Made by a program: the position numbers and the translations under genes | Assembly: GCA_051942205.1 (NCBI GenBank) | Contig: JAVECO010000016.1 | Coordinates: 1-64,000 of the forward strand | Source: Coniocarpon cinnabarinum | Taxonomy: Eukaryota | Direction of reading: 5' to 3' | Length of the DNA: 64,000 bases | Part shown: positions 34,128 through 46,731 of the stretch, one piece after another | Layout: each line of letters begins with the position of its first letter | How positions within the stretch are numbered: the first letter of the stretch is position 1 | The notes under the pieces: model-generated | Database searches by the model: none | What the model was told of the DNA's origin: nothing | What the model saw: the letters and a program-made list of their open reading frames with translations, nothing else

Positions 34128-36664
34128 ATGGAGTCAGAGGATGGTGGGCTCTTCATAAAGGTAAGTCTTTCCACTCTCGCGAGGCAGCAAAACTCCTATG
34201 TGAGGGCAGCATTGCCTGCCAGTATTGTCGACAACCACACATATCCTCAAATTCACAACAACGTGACTCAACAACGACCGACACCCACTAGAGGCAGCAG
34301 TCTGGCTTTTCAATGAGCTAACTATCCTAGAACCTCGCATACTTTGTTCGTACGCACGAAAAGGCTTTGGCAGACTCTCTGCTTCTTCAACGCCAGCCCC
34401 GCCGACAGTCATACGCACCCAGCACTGGCCCTGGCAACCCCTCGAGGCCGTCTACTAGCGCTTCCAATCTCTCTTCTAACGCAGCACTGCAAGCCCAGAC
34501 GCCACCTAGCAACTCCTCATGGCTTCCTTCGTTCGGACGCACGCCATTGAAGCCCGCCCGTTTGTTCCTAACGCCCAATCATCTGTACTACCTCCTCTCG
34601 CGGTTCGATGACCTTGGTGTGAGCACTGGCCCTATGAACATCCGCCTCGAAAACCTGCAAGCTGAGCCGTCCTCTTCTAACTATGTCTCGTTCATGTCTC
34701 ACGCACAATTACCCAAGATTAAGAGTTACGATACAGACTCGATACATTCCGTGGCAAGCGTCAAGAGCTTAATGTCTAGTGTCTCGAGCATGATATCAAA
34801 TATAAACTTTCTTCAAAACACCGAGAAGCAACAAGCCAGGAAGGAGGCAGCCGTCCGTGAGAATCTGCGGTATCTGTATTCTGCTTGTACGAAGGTACCT
34901 TGCTTGAAAATATCGGTGGACCACAGACTCAGGCCTATCGCTGGCTATGAAGAGTTTCCTTTCGATACTGCTGTGCCCGTAAGCATTTTCAAGAATCTTA
35001 CTTCGTTTGAAGTCGCAGACATCGATTTCAGAGCTGTGTATGGCTGGGATATTCTTGCCGAATCCCTGCAGAGCCTTACCGTCAAACGTGGATCTATTAA
35101 TGATCTCTCTGAGCTGTTGCACGACGTCGTTATGGATGACGTGGATCAGAGACGGCGCAGGACGACGAAGACGCCGAACTCTCCCTTGCCTCTGGTATCG
35201 CCCCTCGCCCTTTCCAAACGACTTGGCTGGCCTAGCTCCACAAGTCCCATGCGTTCGCCCTTACTCTCTGATCGGCCAGAGTCTAGCGGAGACACTCAAC
35301 ACGAAACTCCATCGCAGGACAAATCTAAGACGTCGGCGTTGAGCGCTTCGCCTCGAGACGTTAGCCACGCAAAGAGGTCATCGTTTTATATGCGCCCCCA
35401 GGGCATGGGACGGAGGTCCTCGGGCAGCTCACGCTCGAGCTCACACGCTCACTCTCCGCGTCAATGTTCCACAGACCGTTTGATCCAGACAGCATTGCCA
35501 AGCACCAAATGGCGATTTCTCAGACACCTCAGCGTTCCTGATAGCGGGCTTACTTCTGTGGGTACAGAGAGCCTGCTTCCCGTCAGTGAGACCCTGCAGT
35601 CATTGGACCTCTCGGGCAATCTCTTCACAGAAATACCTGATGCATTGTCTTCCTTGGTGGGACTCCGTGCGCTGAATCTATCTAATTGTCTGATTGATTC
35701 ACTTCGCAACTTGGTCCGTTCGCCACTACCAGCCATTACAGTCCTCAACATTCGAGCAAACAAGCTTACCTCACTAGCTGGCATTGAATCGCTCAAGTCT
35801 CTACAGAGACTTGACATCAGAGATAACAGACTTGCTGACCCAGCAGAAGCAGCGCGTCTCACAGGTATGCCTGACTTCTACGATCTCTCCGTCAAGCGCA
35901 ATCCATTTACAACTACACATCTCAACAACCGAATCACCGTATTCAATCTCTTTCGAACCACACCCGGCTACAACGATGACATCTGTATTGACAGCAAGGC
36001 GCCTGAGCGTAACGAGCGTCGTCTCTTGGCAGATAGAGTGCCGCTGCCACCACAAGCAACCATTACCGAGCCTGTACAAGACATGGAAATGCTCGAAAAC
36101 TTGAAGTCAGCTACGTCAGCTAGCCAAGCTCTTGACACGGACAGACCAGTCGATCCGCACGAAGCGGCGAACGCTTCCAACAAGGGCCATTCAGCAAAGT
36201 CCTCACAGCGTAGAGTTCGTCGTCGAGTTGCTGACATTGCTGATGAAGCGCAGACTCCCTCCTCTCCTTCAATAGGGGATGTCCCGAAGTCAGCTTCTGT
36301 ACCCAATCATGAAACACAGCCTGCTCGGGTACAACGTGACAATACAGAAGCCGAGGAAGGTCCGTCTGTGCTAGAATTGATGTCAACACGTCAAGCGCCG
36401 AGCAAGGTGGAGGAGCAAATGCACGACGACGCTCCTGGCGAAGAGATCCGTCCGCCAATGTCACGCGCATTGAGTCAAAGCAGCGAGATCTACAGGCAGA
36501 GGATTCAAGCTCTAAGAAATGAGCACAACGACTCGAGAAGAAATGCCTCTACAAGTCCTAGACTTAGACGAGACCCAAGTCTGAGTCCAGCGTTGAAGCA
36601 TCAGGGACACTCTGGGGTGTTCTCCCCCGAGAATACCGCCAGTATCACTTCCATTCGTGTTTGA
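34128..36664 (+). CDS. Leucine-rich repeat protein (conserved fungal family), 2 exons
   Basis: Exon 1 MESEDGGLFIK, intron 34161-34330, then NLAYFVRTHEKALA. LRR units LQSLDLSGNLFTEIP, LRALNLSNCLI, ITVLNIRANKL and LQRLDIRDNRL. Confidence 0.88.
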
Positions 36665-37930
36665 CGGTGTTTGGTGACCTCATGTGCGACGTTGACGTCG
36701 TCTGTCAGATGGAAGTCGAGGTGAGGATCAAACTGGTTGGGCTATCTTGGCCATTGTCGTAGATTCCTGAAGCCATTTCAGCGAAGGTGTTGGAGGTCCA
36801 GAGCACACATGATAAGCATTTGATGGCGTTACGAATATAGACATACCTTGGGAGAGTCCAAGTGGCGTCTCTCCTCATCATTCACCATGATTATTTGTCT
36901 TTCTTCTCTCGCCATTGACAGACGTAAGTTTGAGGTGAAACTGCTGGGACAAGAGGTTGAGCGGTTCGGTCGACTACTTAGGGTAGATCAAACCCTGAAA
37001 TTACTACGCGCGTCTTGGCTTAGTCTCGTCCGTGTTTCTAAAAGAAAAAGCGAATGTTGCGCTCCACTTCCTGCAAAAGCACGCTTCTTGAGACGCGTAT
37101 CTGGCTCGCTTTTACAATTGCCGCAGATCCCTGATTTGTCGAGCTCGTTTGACGCTCAACTACTTGAATCTATCTCTCGCGCCCGAGTCTGTGTAGATTT
37201 GAACCGTCTGCAAGCAACCGCATAGCTCCACTTGACTTAAAGACTCTCACATTGGCAACTTCTTCTCCATACTTTTGAAAGGTCAACAGCTATTCTGACT
37301 TTTGACTGGTTCACAACGCCACTGGAGAGCAGCAGTTCACATTGCACGTCCCGCGCCGCTTGCCCATCAGTGACCTGCTCACACCAACATTGCGCCCCCA
37401 TCCCATCACCAAACACTCCACAAAGCCAAGACGTACTCCACGGCCGCAAAGTTCAATCAGGGCATCGCGACCCTCGAAGAGCGAGTAGCTCTCGCATCAA
37501 AAATCGAACACATCACAGGAGTCGACGCGTTGGTAGCAGGCACTGAATACGAGCACACTGAACGACCAGTCCATGATTTCGTGCAAGGCACAACGAATTC
37601 ATATAAGACTTCCTGAAAAACACGCTTGAATAGCTCTTGTGCCCTCAAACTGATATCTGAGTGGGCTGAAGTCACGGCTGGGGAGACTGCACACTGCTAC
37701 CGAATCACAATACACCAAAAGGCGAGTTTACAGCAACTTTGACCCCACAGACCGACCGGCAAACTCTTGCTCGATCCGAGTCTGGCAGCGTGCTTTGTAC
37801 TGACCATCCCGTTAGTCTCTCGACCCGGCTCGACTGGACTCTCGATCATTCGCGCACACACACAGCCTCGGCCAGCCCCCTTTCTACGCCCCACACGTTC
37901 CTTTGATTTAGGGTTGGCTGCTCCAGGATT

Positions 37931-39027
37931 ATGGCAGACCAAGACAATGTGGAACTAGATAACGTCATTGACCGCTTGCTGGAGGTGAGAGGAAGCCGTC
38001 CAGGCAAGCAGGTTCAGCTCCTGGAACATGAGATCCGCTTCTTGTGCACCAAGTCTCGCGAGATCTTCATTTCTCAACCAATCCTGCTGGAGCTCGAAGC
38101 ACCAATCAAAGTATGAGAAGTTTCATTCAATACCAAACATGACCTACTGACATCCTTACCAGATCTGCGGCGACATTCACGGCCAATACTACGATCTTCT
38201 CCGTCTTTTCGAATACGGCGGATTCCCACCAGAAGCGAATTACCTCTTCCTCGGAGATTACGTTGACCGTGGCAAACAGTCGCTGGAGACGATCTGTCTG
38301 CTGCTCGCTTACAAGATCAAATATCCAGAGAATTTCTTCATCCTTCGTGGCAACCATGAATGCGCGTCGATCAACCGTATCTATGGTTTCTACGACGAGT
38401 GCAAGAGACGGTACAACATCAAGCTGTGGAAGACCTTCACAGATTGCTTCAACTGCTTGCCGATTGCTGCGATCATTGACGAGAAGATCTTCACCATGCA
38501 CGGGGGACTCAGCCCGGACTTGAACTCGATGGAGCAGATACGCCGAGTGATGAGACCGACAGATGTATGTGTGACTCTCGAAGCCTTTTCTAAACACGCT
38601 TCACTGACTTGGCCTCGACAGATTCCTGACTGTGGTCTTCTGTGCGACTTGCTGTGGTCTGATCCTGACAAAGACATCACCGGATGGAGCGAAAATGACC
38701 GTGGTGTATCCTTCACTTTTGGTCCCGATGTCGTGTCGCGCTTCTTACAGAAGCATGATATGGACCTGATATGCAGAGCTCACCAGGTTGTCGAAGACGG
38801 CTACGAATTTTTCTCGAAGCGACAGCTAGTCACCTTGTTCAGCGCGCCCAATTACTGCGGCGAATTCGACAACGCCGGAGCAATGATGAGCGTGGACGAG
38901 AGCCTGCTTTGCTCCTTCCAGATTCTGAAGCCGGCAGAGAAGAAGCAAAAGTGAGTGTCAAGCCATGATTATTCACCTTCTGGCAGAAGCTGACATTCCG
39001 ACCAGCCGCTTCGGTCGCAGACAATAG
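37931..39027 (+). CDS. GLC7: Ser/Thr protein phosphatase PP1 catalytic subunit (Glc7/BimG), 4 exons
   Basis: [32 protein letters not shown] and [11 protein letters not shown]. Introns 38111-38162, 38565-38621 and 38951-39005. Confidence 0.98.
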
Positions 39028-39474
39028 ACATCCGTCGCATAGCCTTCAGCATCCGAGAGCTACTTTTGCCGGCTCCACTTGAGCCGCCGCTTACTTACTT
39101 ACACACCATTGGAGTTGCAAAGCAAAGCAACTGCAGGACACACCGTTCAGCCGATTCGAGCACTTCAAACTTCAAGTTTGAGGTCACCATTGTGTCAAGC
39201 AATTGCATGAGCTAAGAGGCAGCAGGGATGTCTGATACGTATGAAGAACTGGTTTGCTTTCTCCAACGTTCAGGTCCTTGAGACATTTTGCAACGTAAGG
39301 ACATTTCTTTCATCTACTCCGTCGCGTGACTAGCCGTCTTTCCACCGACACCAACATCAGTGAGCAGCAGCCTGGATTCTATATTCTGGAAGCCTGGAGG
39401 CTTGGACACTGGATGTTGTTCGGTCATTTGGTACGTCGCGCGTTGTTTGTTGATTATCGTTGACTGCTTGTCTA

Positions 39475-39498
39475 CCTGCCTGCCTGCCTGCCTGCCTG
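39475..39498. repeat. (CCTG)6 microsatellite
   Basis: Read directly, between the convergent PP1 and TDA10-like genes. Confidence 0.9.
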
Positions 39499-39656
39499 CA
39501 TACCCGTCCTGCTTTGCGTGACTGCTTGATTCCGTGCTTGCATTGCAACATGCGCGTGCTGCCATGCCCCCAGCGTTTGCTTCTCGTGACTTGAACCTCG
39601 TGCATGCTGCGTGGGCCCTTATTCCATCAAGGCGTCGACTCTCGTTCCCATTTGCC

Positions 39657-40874
39657 TCAAATAATCTTATGACTCACAACCTCTCGGTCCCTTCCAATTC
39701 TCAGTCGCAATTGCTTTCCCTTGCCGTGCAAAATTCCCTGCCTCAACACATCCGTGTACATCTCATAAGAAGGATAATCTGCGGACTCGTCAGCATATTC
39801 GACTTTCTCAAACGTTCGTCCCCGCGTGTTCGTGGACCAGAACCGAAACATACACCCATTTACAAACTCAATCACTTTTTCCTTACTCATCCCGGTCCCC
39901 TTCTCCCTCCTGAGTTTCTCTTCCTGTTCTTCGCGCCACTCATACACCAATTGCAGATCCTCCGAGTCCAAATGCACAAATAAATCAAACAACTCCGTGA
40001 TCTCCTCGTAGTCTCTCAAATTCTTGTCAACCACTAGCACATCTTCTAATTTCTGATTGCCTAATCGACCGGCCTCGGTGCCCGGCTTGATTATGTCGGC
40101 TTCGATGGGTGCGTCGCGGGGAATGGCGCATTGTTTTTCCCAAAGTCGTGCGAAGTTGATTTGCGCGGTTGAGTGTCTGAGCCGGGCGATTGCGGTGCCG
40201 AGGGGCCGAAAACCAAGGCTCCAGCCTTCGAAGAGGATCACGTCGACGTCCGAGACGGTGTCCCATGTTGAAGCGGGGAGACGGTCGCCCTCCCCATTAA
40301 AGGCGGATTTGTCATAGCGGGGGATTGAGACCGGTTTCCCGTTCTTCAAGGATCGCAAAGTGGAGAGACAGAGACGCGTGTCGTGTGTACCGGGCTGGCC
40401 TCTCGTCTGGAGGAGTGCATTTCCCTTATGGGCGCGTTTGAGTTTCAGGAGTTCAAGGCGGGGATGGTAGAAGTCGTCGAGACTTAGGGTTGCTACTCGA
40501 AGTGGAGGGGGTGGGGCGCCCTGGTCCCGATCAGGAGATGGGATTCCATCAGCGTTGGAGTGCGAAGTCGAGGTAGGAATGGAGGACGGGGTTGATGAGG
40601 GATTGGAGAGGTGTTGAGCTAGGTGCGCGACGAGTGTCGTCTTGCCGGATCCTTGGATGCCATTGAAGGCGACGAGTAGGGGTTCCCGCGTGGGAGAGGA
40701 GAGGTGGGACTGGATGTGTGGGAGGAGGAAGTCGTATAGGATTGTGAGTTTGGTGGGTTTCGAAGGCGCCGGAGATGGGACGGAGGGCTGAGACGTTGAG
40801 ATGGAGGATTGAGACGGTGAGATGGAGGGTTCTGAGGGTGGGATTGTAGACATGTCTTCATTGTGCCATTGCAT
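39657..40874 (-). CDS. P-loop kinase, Tda10/D-glycerate 3-kinase-like (2 exons)
   Basis: NGIQGSGKTT, SLDDFY, LLQTRGQPGTHD, PRYDKSAFNGEGDR, LFEGWSLGF and VYEWREEQE. In-frame intron 39779-39853. Start may be 40853. Confidence 0.9.
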   Translation of the reverse strand: MQWHNEDMSTIPPSEPSISPSQSSISTSQPSVPSPAPSKPTKLTILYDFLLPHIQSHLSSPTREPLLVAFNGIQGSGKTTLVAHLAQHLSNPSSTPSSIPTSTSHSNADGIPSPDRDQGAPPPPLRVATLSLDDFYHPRLELLKLKRAHKGNALLQTRGQPGTHDTRLCLSTLRSLKNGKPVSIPRYDKSAFNGEGDRLPASTWDTVSDVDVILFEGWSLGFRPLGTAIARLRHSTAQINFARLWEKQCAIPRDAPIEADIIKPGTEAGRLGNQKLEDVLVVDKNLRDYEEITELFDLFVHLDSEDLQLVYEWREEQEEKLRREKGTGMSKEKVIEFVNGCMFRFWSTNTRGRTFEKVEYADESADYPSYEMYTDVLRQGILHGKGKQLRLRIGRDREVVSHKII

Positions 40875-42027
40875 GTAGAAGTGCAGATGATGGTGTTTAG
40901 AATGATGTCATTGCTTGTGAGATCTGGGGCTCGAATGGGTACGAACGTGGGTTAGTGTCAGGGGCTTGCACGAGGTTTAAGGTGTGGGGCTAGAAAGGGG
41001 GCGGAATTGAATGTTTATTTACGACTTCACTTGGATAGGAGTTTGTCTTTGCTGACTTGTCCTGCGCGCGTGAAGCCAAGAACGCGGCGACGTGGACATA
41101 TAGCGCTTGCGTGACATACAAATCTATGATGCAATACCCGCCATTGATATGCGCGACCTATTTTCTGAATTTGAAGGTGACAATATGGATGTCTACCACA
41201 ACCACATGCGCATTTCAAAGCGTTGTGAGAAGCAACGAGTAGTGCGGTCACCAAGGAGTATTGTTTCAACACCTCGCCACTCGTGCTTACGGGTCTGAAC
41301 AGATTTGGTGCTATCTTGATGCGAAGTCGCGTGCTTGGCAGAGCTGAGAAGTGAACAAACACTTGAGCAGCGAGATCAGAGGTGATTCGAATCATATTTG
41401 AGGTCGCTATGTGCACTTTCACAAGGCCGCAATGACCACGGCATCATGCGTCATTGTTTTTCTCTCTTTCCCCAACCTCTCAGCTGTGTTTGGTGGGTTT
41501 TTTGTCTTTAATATACATGATTACTCTCGAAAAGCCTGCCAGAGAAGTACGTCTACCTTGGACGGTGACGGTAAACCGCGGTGATACCGACATCTCCACT
41601 TGGAAGAACATACCTGCCCTCATAGAAAGAGTGACATTCGGCGTTCTTACCTTTGTAGAGCGCCTACTGTTTTGACTAATCAAAAACCTTGTCCGGAAAA
41701 GAAATCAAACCCGTCACCTTCAACTTGTTAGCTTTGCTTCCAAGCCTGCTTGTGATTTTGCCTGACCCCTTGACCTTCCAACATCTTGAGCTCCCTCACC
41801 TTGCAGCATGCTCTCACCCACGTCATCGTCGCTCTCAGCCCTATTGCCTCTACTGAAAATACTTTGACCTCCACATTCCCTCTTCTCCCTCTTTGGCAAG
41901 CTCTGCATACTGCCAAAGCTGCACACATTGTCCAAATAGCGCTTTTTTTTCTTTCGCTATTAGAATCCCGTTGACAGCTCGCAGTGCTACCTCACACTCA
42001 ATCATCAATCATAAATCCTCGAGCAAG

Positions 42028-42729
42028 ATGGCGTTGCAGCCGCCGACGCTGCCCTATCGCGTCCACAACCCAACGCACTTCATCGGCTGGGTCTTCATCT
42101 GTGGCGGTCGAAGGATCGAAGTTTATGTGCAAGGTCTCACTCTGCCACATGATCATGTCATCAATCGTGCAGATCCGCCCTGGGCTCTGCTTCACTGGAA
42201 TGTAGGTCAAACACATCGAACGCCATCATCTCTTGGATTGAAAATTCTAACTGGAGATCCTAGAATAAAGATCCAAGAGACACAACTTGCCGATTGACGA
42301 ATGATGAGATCCGACGTGTGAGTTGTCTACTCTCTTGTGCCCTACCTTTGGACCAGCCCGGGAAGACACGATGATATCTCAAGCATGTGAAAAAGCTGGC
42401 TGAATGATCCTCTTCAGGTCACGCGCTCCATGGCAAATGAACTCGTCCGCTGCACAATGCACGAAAAGATGCCTCGCAACATCCTGCTCTTCGAAGGTGC
42501 GACTCAACGTCAAGGACAAGTCGCTGAGATCGTCGTCAGGTATGTGTTTATCTACTCATCGCTCTGCTCGCTGTCTATGAGTGTGACACGCTAACAGTCC
42601 GGTAGTCAAATTTCGGAAATGCAGGTCTTGGTGTTCTTTGGAGACGAAGCTGGCAATGATCTCACGAACGGATGCGGCTATATGATGGAACGGGTGAGGC
42701 AGGTGGGAAACCTTGAGTCGGTTCCATAA
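42028..42729 (+). CDS. Orphan family paralog A, 157 aa, 4 exons
   Basis: Exons 42028-42201, 42264-42317, 42418-42539 and 42606-42729 with GT-AG introns give an uninterrupted frame that is similar to paralogs B and C. Confidence 0.7.
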
Positions 42730-43779
42730 GTCGAGGACTTGGAGGCTGTTTGTTTCTGCTTGTTCAATGACAAAAGCTGAATCGCCGGAGTGTCGCCATT
42801 ACTTTACGATCCATTGGCCGAACCGCTTGAGCTCAAATGCGGAAGAGCAACTACGATGTCTGAATAGAGTCGAGAAAATTGCAGATAACTGGCACACTCC
42901 GAACTTTACTAAAAAATTGACTGTATTTGTTTGCGTTACCAGGCTCCTTCATCCAACAGCATTTGTTGCATGTCAAAAAAGCCAAAACATTTACTAAAAA
43001 CTGAGGCATTCTCGGATTTAATGTTTTTTAGAGCGATATTGAAGCGGTAGTAGGGCTGCTTGACTTGATGGCAATATTTGCCCAATGACCTAGTCCAAAA
43101 AACGGTGTGGCATCCCGGCGGGCGGGGATTCTACGAAATTTTCCGCGATATGTGGAGTGTCTTCGCGCTCTAACTGTGAACAGCAATGTCAGATCTTCAA
43201 TATGACCTGGAGACGTGCTCAAAATGTCGGCCAACTCGGTTGCAGCACCAGAGAAAACCGATAAGTGACGTGACTGCAGGCTCGGGCCGCAGATAGCTTT
43301 CAGGTTTGCCAAGGGTAAACGCTCAAGCCCGCCCAGAGCCGCTCTAAGGCCGTGTCTTCAAGGCTTTGCTACGCAATTGTCAAACAATCTTGGGTGGTGC
43401 AGGTACGCCTCTGCGAACCAAGTCCATCAGTTGTCCAAAAGAGGTTCCTCCAATTCTTCGTTTGCTGGTGCACGCCATCCTGCAGTGCTTCACGTTCGTT
43501 CTGTGTTCCTTGAGGGCATCCGTAGAAGGCAACCGGGCTGTGTATGCATGCAAACAAGACATGCGGCTCTGAAGAGCAAACACAAAGGCATTGGTGGGCA
43601 ATGCACCTTGTGATACTGGCCGCATCTGCCTGTTGTCATTTTAATGGTCTCTCGCTGGTCTCTCGCTTGATCAGAATATCATTCGCCAAAGAACGCTTCT
43701 TTATTGCATTCCTGTCAGATCATTGTGAAGTCAATCCTATCAGATACTCGTCGAATTCCTGTACCCAATAACCAATTTT

Positions 43780-44308
43780 ATGATGTCTGAACAGGTCAGC
43801 AAATACAAATTACCCTCTTTTCCATTGTCTGATGACAACAAAATTGAATCGCTGGAACTTGACGACGGCTCCTGCGTTTCCATCTATATCGTTGGTCTTG
43901 GGGGTGTTGGCAAGAATGTAGTGGGAAAACATGAACCACACCGCCACGAGAAGGTCGCAGAATACCTGTATACCCGCCATCGTCACGACTATGTGTGGAA
44001 TGCTCAGTGTCTGAACGATGAAGAACTCCAAGCCATCAGCACCGATGATATCAAAGAGAGCTTTGCAAAACACGACTTGCATGCTGATCTCAGATCGCAT
44101 ATTGAATTGTTTCAACGCCTCGACAATCATGCGCGAAAGATTGAAGCCGTGCTCATTATGTAAGTCGCAATGTGATGTGTCACTCTCAGGATGGGCTAAA
44201 CGCTTTAGCGAGTTGATGGATACGGGAATGCGTGTCAATTACTGCGCTGATGATGATGTTGTGGGTGACCCTGCAGGCGAGATGGTGTTTTTCTCGAACC
44301 CGATATAG
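43780..44308 (+). CDS. Orphan family paralog B, 159 aa, 2 exons
   Basis: Exons 43780-44159 and 44209-44308; intron GTAAGT...GCTAAA...TTTAG. Confidence 0.68.
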
Positions 44309-45386
44309 TCGCCGACCAATAAGATGCTGTCAAGGACATGCGCACTGATCTGGAGACGCTCTCAGAATTTATTGGGAGGGTTGACGGTCGCTCGACCAGT
44401 GTCGCTGAGTGTGCCGAAGATCTGATAGCATCTGCTAGCGAAGATCAGATCTTGTCGTCCACTGCAAACAACAGCATTTCCCACGTCAGAATATGGTGCT
44501 TGTTTGAGGCGTAGGACGGGTACGCCACCGTGCGGGTAGATTTGAGACCCATATTTCGTTATGCTAGAGGCTGTTGGCCCAAAGTCGCGTTCCATCACGT
44601 GCAGGTGCGACATTCGGCAACGACTACCGCTCTTGACCACTGCCGCGAGGGTGATCGTTCGAGACGATGATGCAGATTGTCCGCGCCCTGTTGAGCCGCA
44701 TGGAGCATTGGACAGGCAACAGCAGCGTTTGCAAGATTGCGTAGTCGCACCATGATCTCACGGCTATTCGACGCGATTTGCCATGAAAAACCTGACTTTC
44801 AGTCATCGCTCCTTTAGGACGTTGCCGCACCTGAGGCTGGCATTCCTCATGACCGAGTCTGGAGGTGTTAGCTTGAAAAGGCCGCTTGTCATCGTCATCG
44901 GAAACAATGTAATCATACATCGTTCAGTGAAAAGTGGTTGTCGCACGATATGTCTATATTTGGGCATTCGAAGCGGTGCCGACGCATCGGTCATCGGACC
45001 GTCGACCAAATCCTTCTGAATTAATGGCGAAATGACGCATCAATCAACGGCAGCTCATTATTCGGACGTAGGGAGACAGCGTTTGCTATGCGGTGTTTTT
45101 GATCAGCTGCGCAGTTACAGGAGCTCATCGGCTATATCACTCCGGCAAAAGGCGACAAGAGATTGCTCGTGACGAGCGACGCGTCATGCGAGCCAATCTT
45201 GACTGCAGTATATTACCACTGCCCTGGGAGAACTGTTTCTCGTTCTCTCATTCCCACGCACCTATCTCAGAGCCCCAACTTCTCTGTGTCTCAACGAAGC
45301 AAGCGCGCTTAGTACGCTAGTCATCGACAAATCATTGAAAAATAAGCGAAAGGGCTGCGATCATTTCGAACGGGAACAGCCTGACG

Positions 45387-46009
45387 ATGAACGGCTCGTT
45401 AACGAATGGACATGCCCTTCCTGATCACATCAAGTTTCGTGACAATGATTGGGATCATGCTTTACTCAACTCTTTCCAGATCGATGATCACCGCGTCTAC
45501 ATCTTCATGGAATCATCCGGTGCCCAGTTTGAGCCAGGTGTCTCTGGACGCTTGGCTTTTCCACCACATGATCAGATGATAGACAAAGCAGATCCACCAC
45601 GAGGACTTCTTGACGAAAGCCAGGCTGCGCTGATTGGCCGCGGACATCATTTGACTACGACTGGGTGCGTAGCTTTCCTCGACGAGGAGAACAAATGGCG
45701 AAACTCCAAGCCTTTAGTGGAACAGACTGCGCGAAGTGACAATCTTTACAATAAGTTGAAAGCGCTCCAGGAAAATTTAAATACCTCAGTCGCGCCTCGA
45801 GAAGTCACAGAAGTCTTCATAATGTGAGTGGTTGTCTTGTAAAGCTGCCCAACGCTTCTTTCTAAGCTGAACATATACAAATAAGTGGAATCAGAAACCA
45901 AGAAGTGGACTTTTTCGTTCCATGGACGAAGAAGGCTTCCAAATCCTCGACGGAGGAGAATTTACCATATCAAGGGTTGAACATCGTCGGACAACTTGAT
46001 TGGGGGTGA
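45387..46009 (+). CDS. Orphan family paralog C, 2 exons, probably frameshifted in exon 2
   Basis: Exon 1 45387-45823, GTGAGT donor, first acceptor at 45885. PPHDQMIDKADPPRGLL matches paralog A. The A-like C-terminus lies in the -1 frame. Confidence 0.6.
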
Positions 46010-46731
46010 GTTACAAAGTGAGAACGACAATGTCTTTGGTTCGTACCAATGAGATTCTGCGGAGACCAGCCAACGAGGCCGAAGAGCATCTCCAGCTTGT
46101 TTATGCTTGTCTCCACAATGGAGTATCGTTTGATCGAGTCTGATGTATTTTCTTTCCCATGTTGAGGGCGTTCAACACGTTGAATAGAATATCTTGTTTA
46201 CGTTACCTTGAAGCCTTCAGTCTTCTTGGCGTCTTTCATGAACTTTAATCTCATTATCGTATGTCGGCAAGCAGTAAGCTTTGTCTCATGACGAGTACGC
46301 CGATATGACTGCTGTGTCGAACAGGGGCGAAGGCTGAACTGTTAAGTCTGTGTATGACAAGTTTTTGCTCACAGCCTCGACGACTACCAGGCACCTGTAT
46401 GCAAGCCCACCTGCGGACTTTGTGGGGTGGTTCCTCTTCCAGCATTGTAGAGCCGAAATACTGGAACCTTGAGCTTCTTCATTATGTTGCGCGCCGCTGT
46501 GGGTTGCGCACTACGTTCTTCAATTTTGAAGGCTTTGTCGGAGCTCAAATTGCACCCAGAAGTCTTTTGCTGATCGTGAGCCAATGTGGGGGTGCAGCTA
46601 TGTGCCACAGTAGAACATACGCGAGAGGAGCGATCTGGTGTAAAAAACTATGCTTCGTTGCTTTGATGAGCCGAATGACAAAGGGCGTCAATGCTACCTC
46701 ATCCTATCTCGAAATATGAGCAACGTGCCGA

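Noticed and set aside
24291..39853. Several stop-free 3n introns (SmE intron 2, FOL1 intron 2, PP1 intron 2, TDA10-like intron)
   Set aside because: With roughly 45 short introns in the window, a handful of these is expected by chance.
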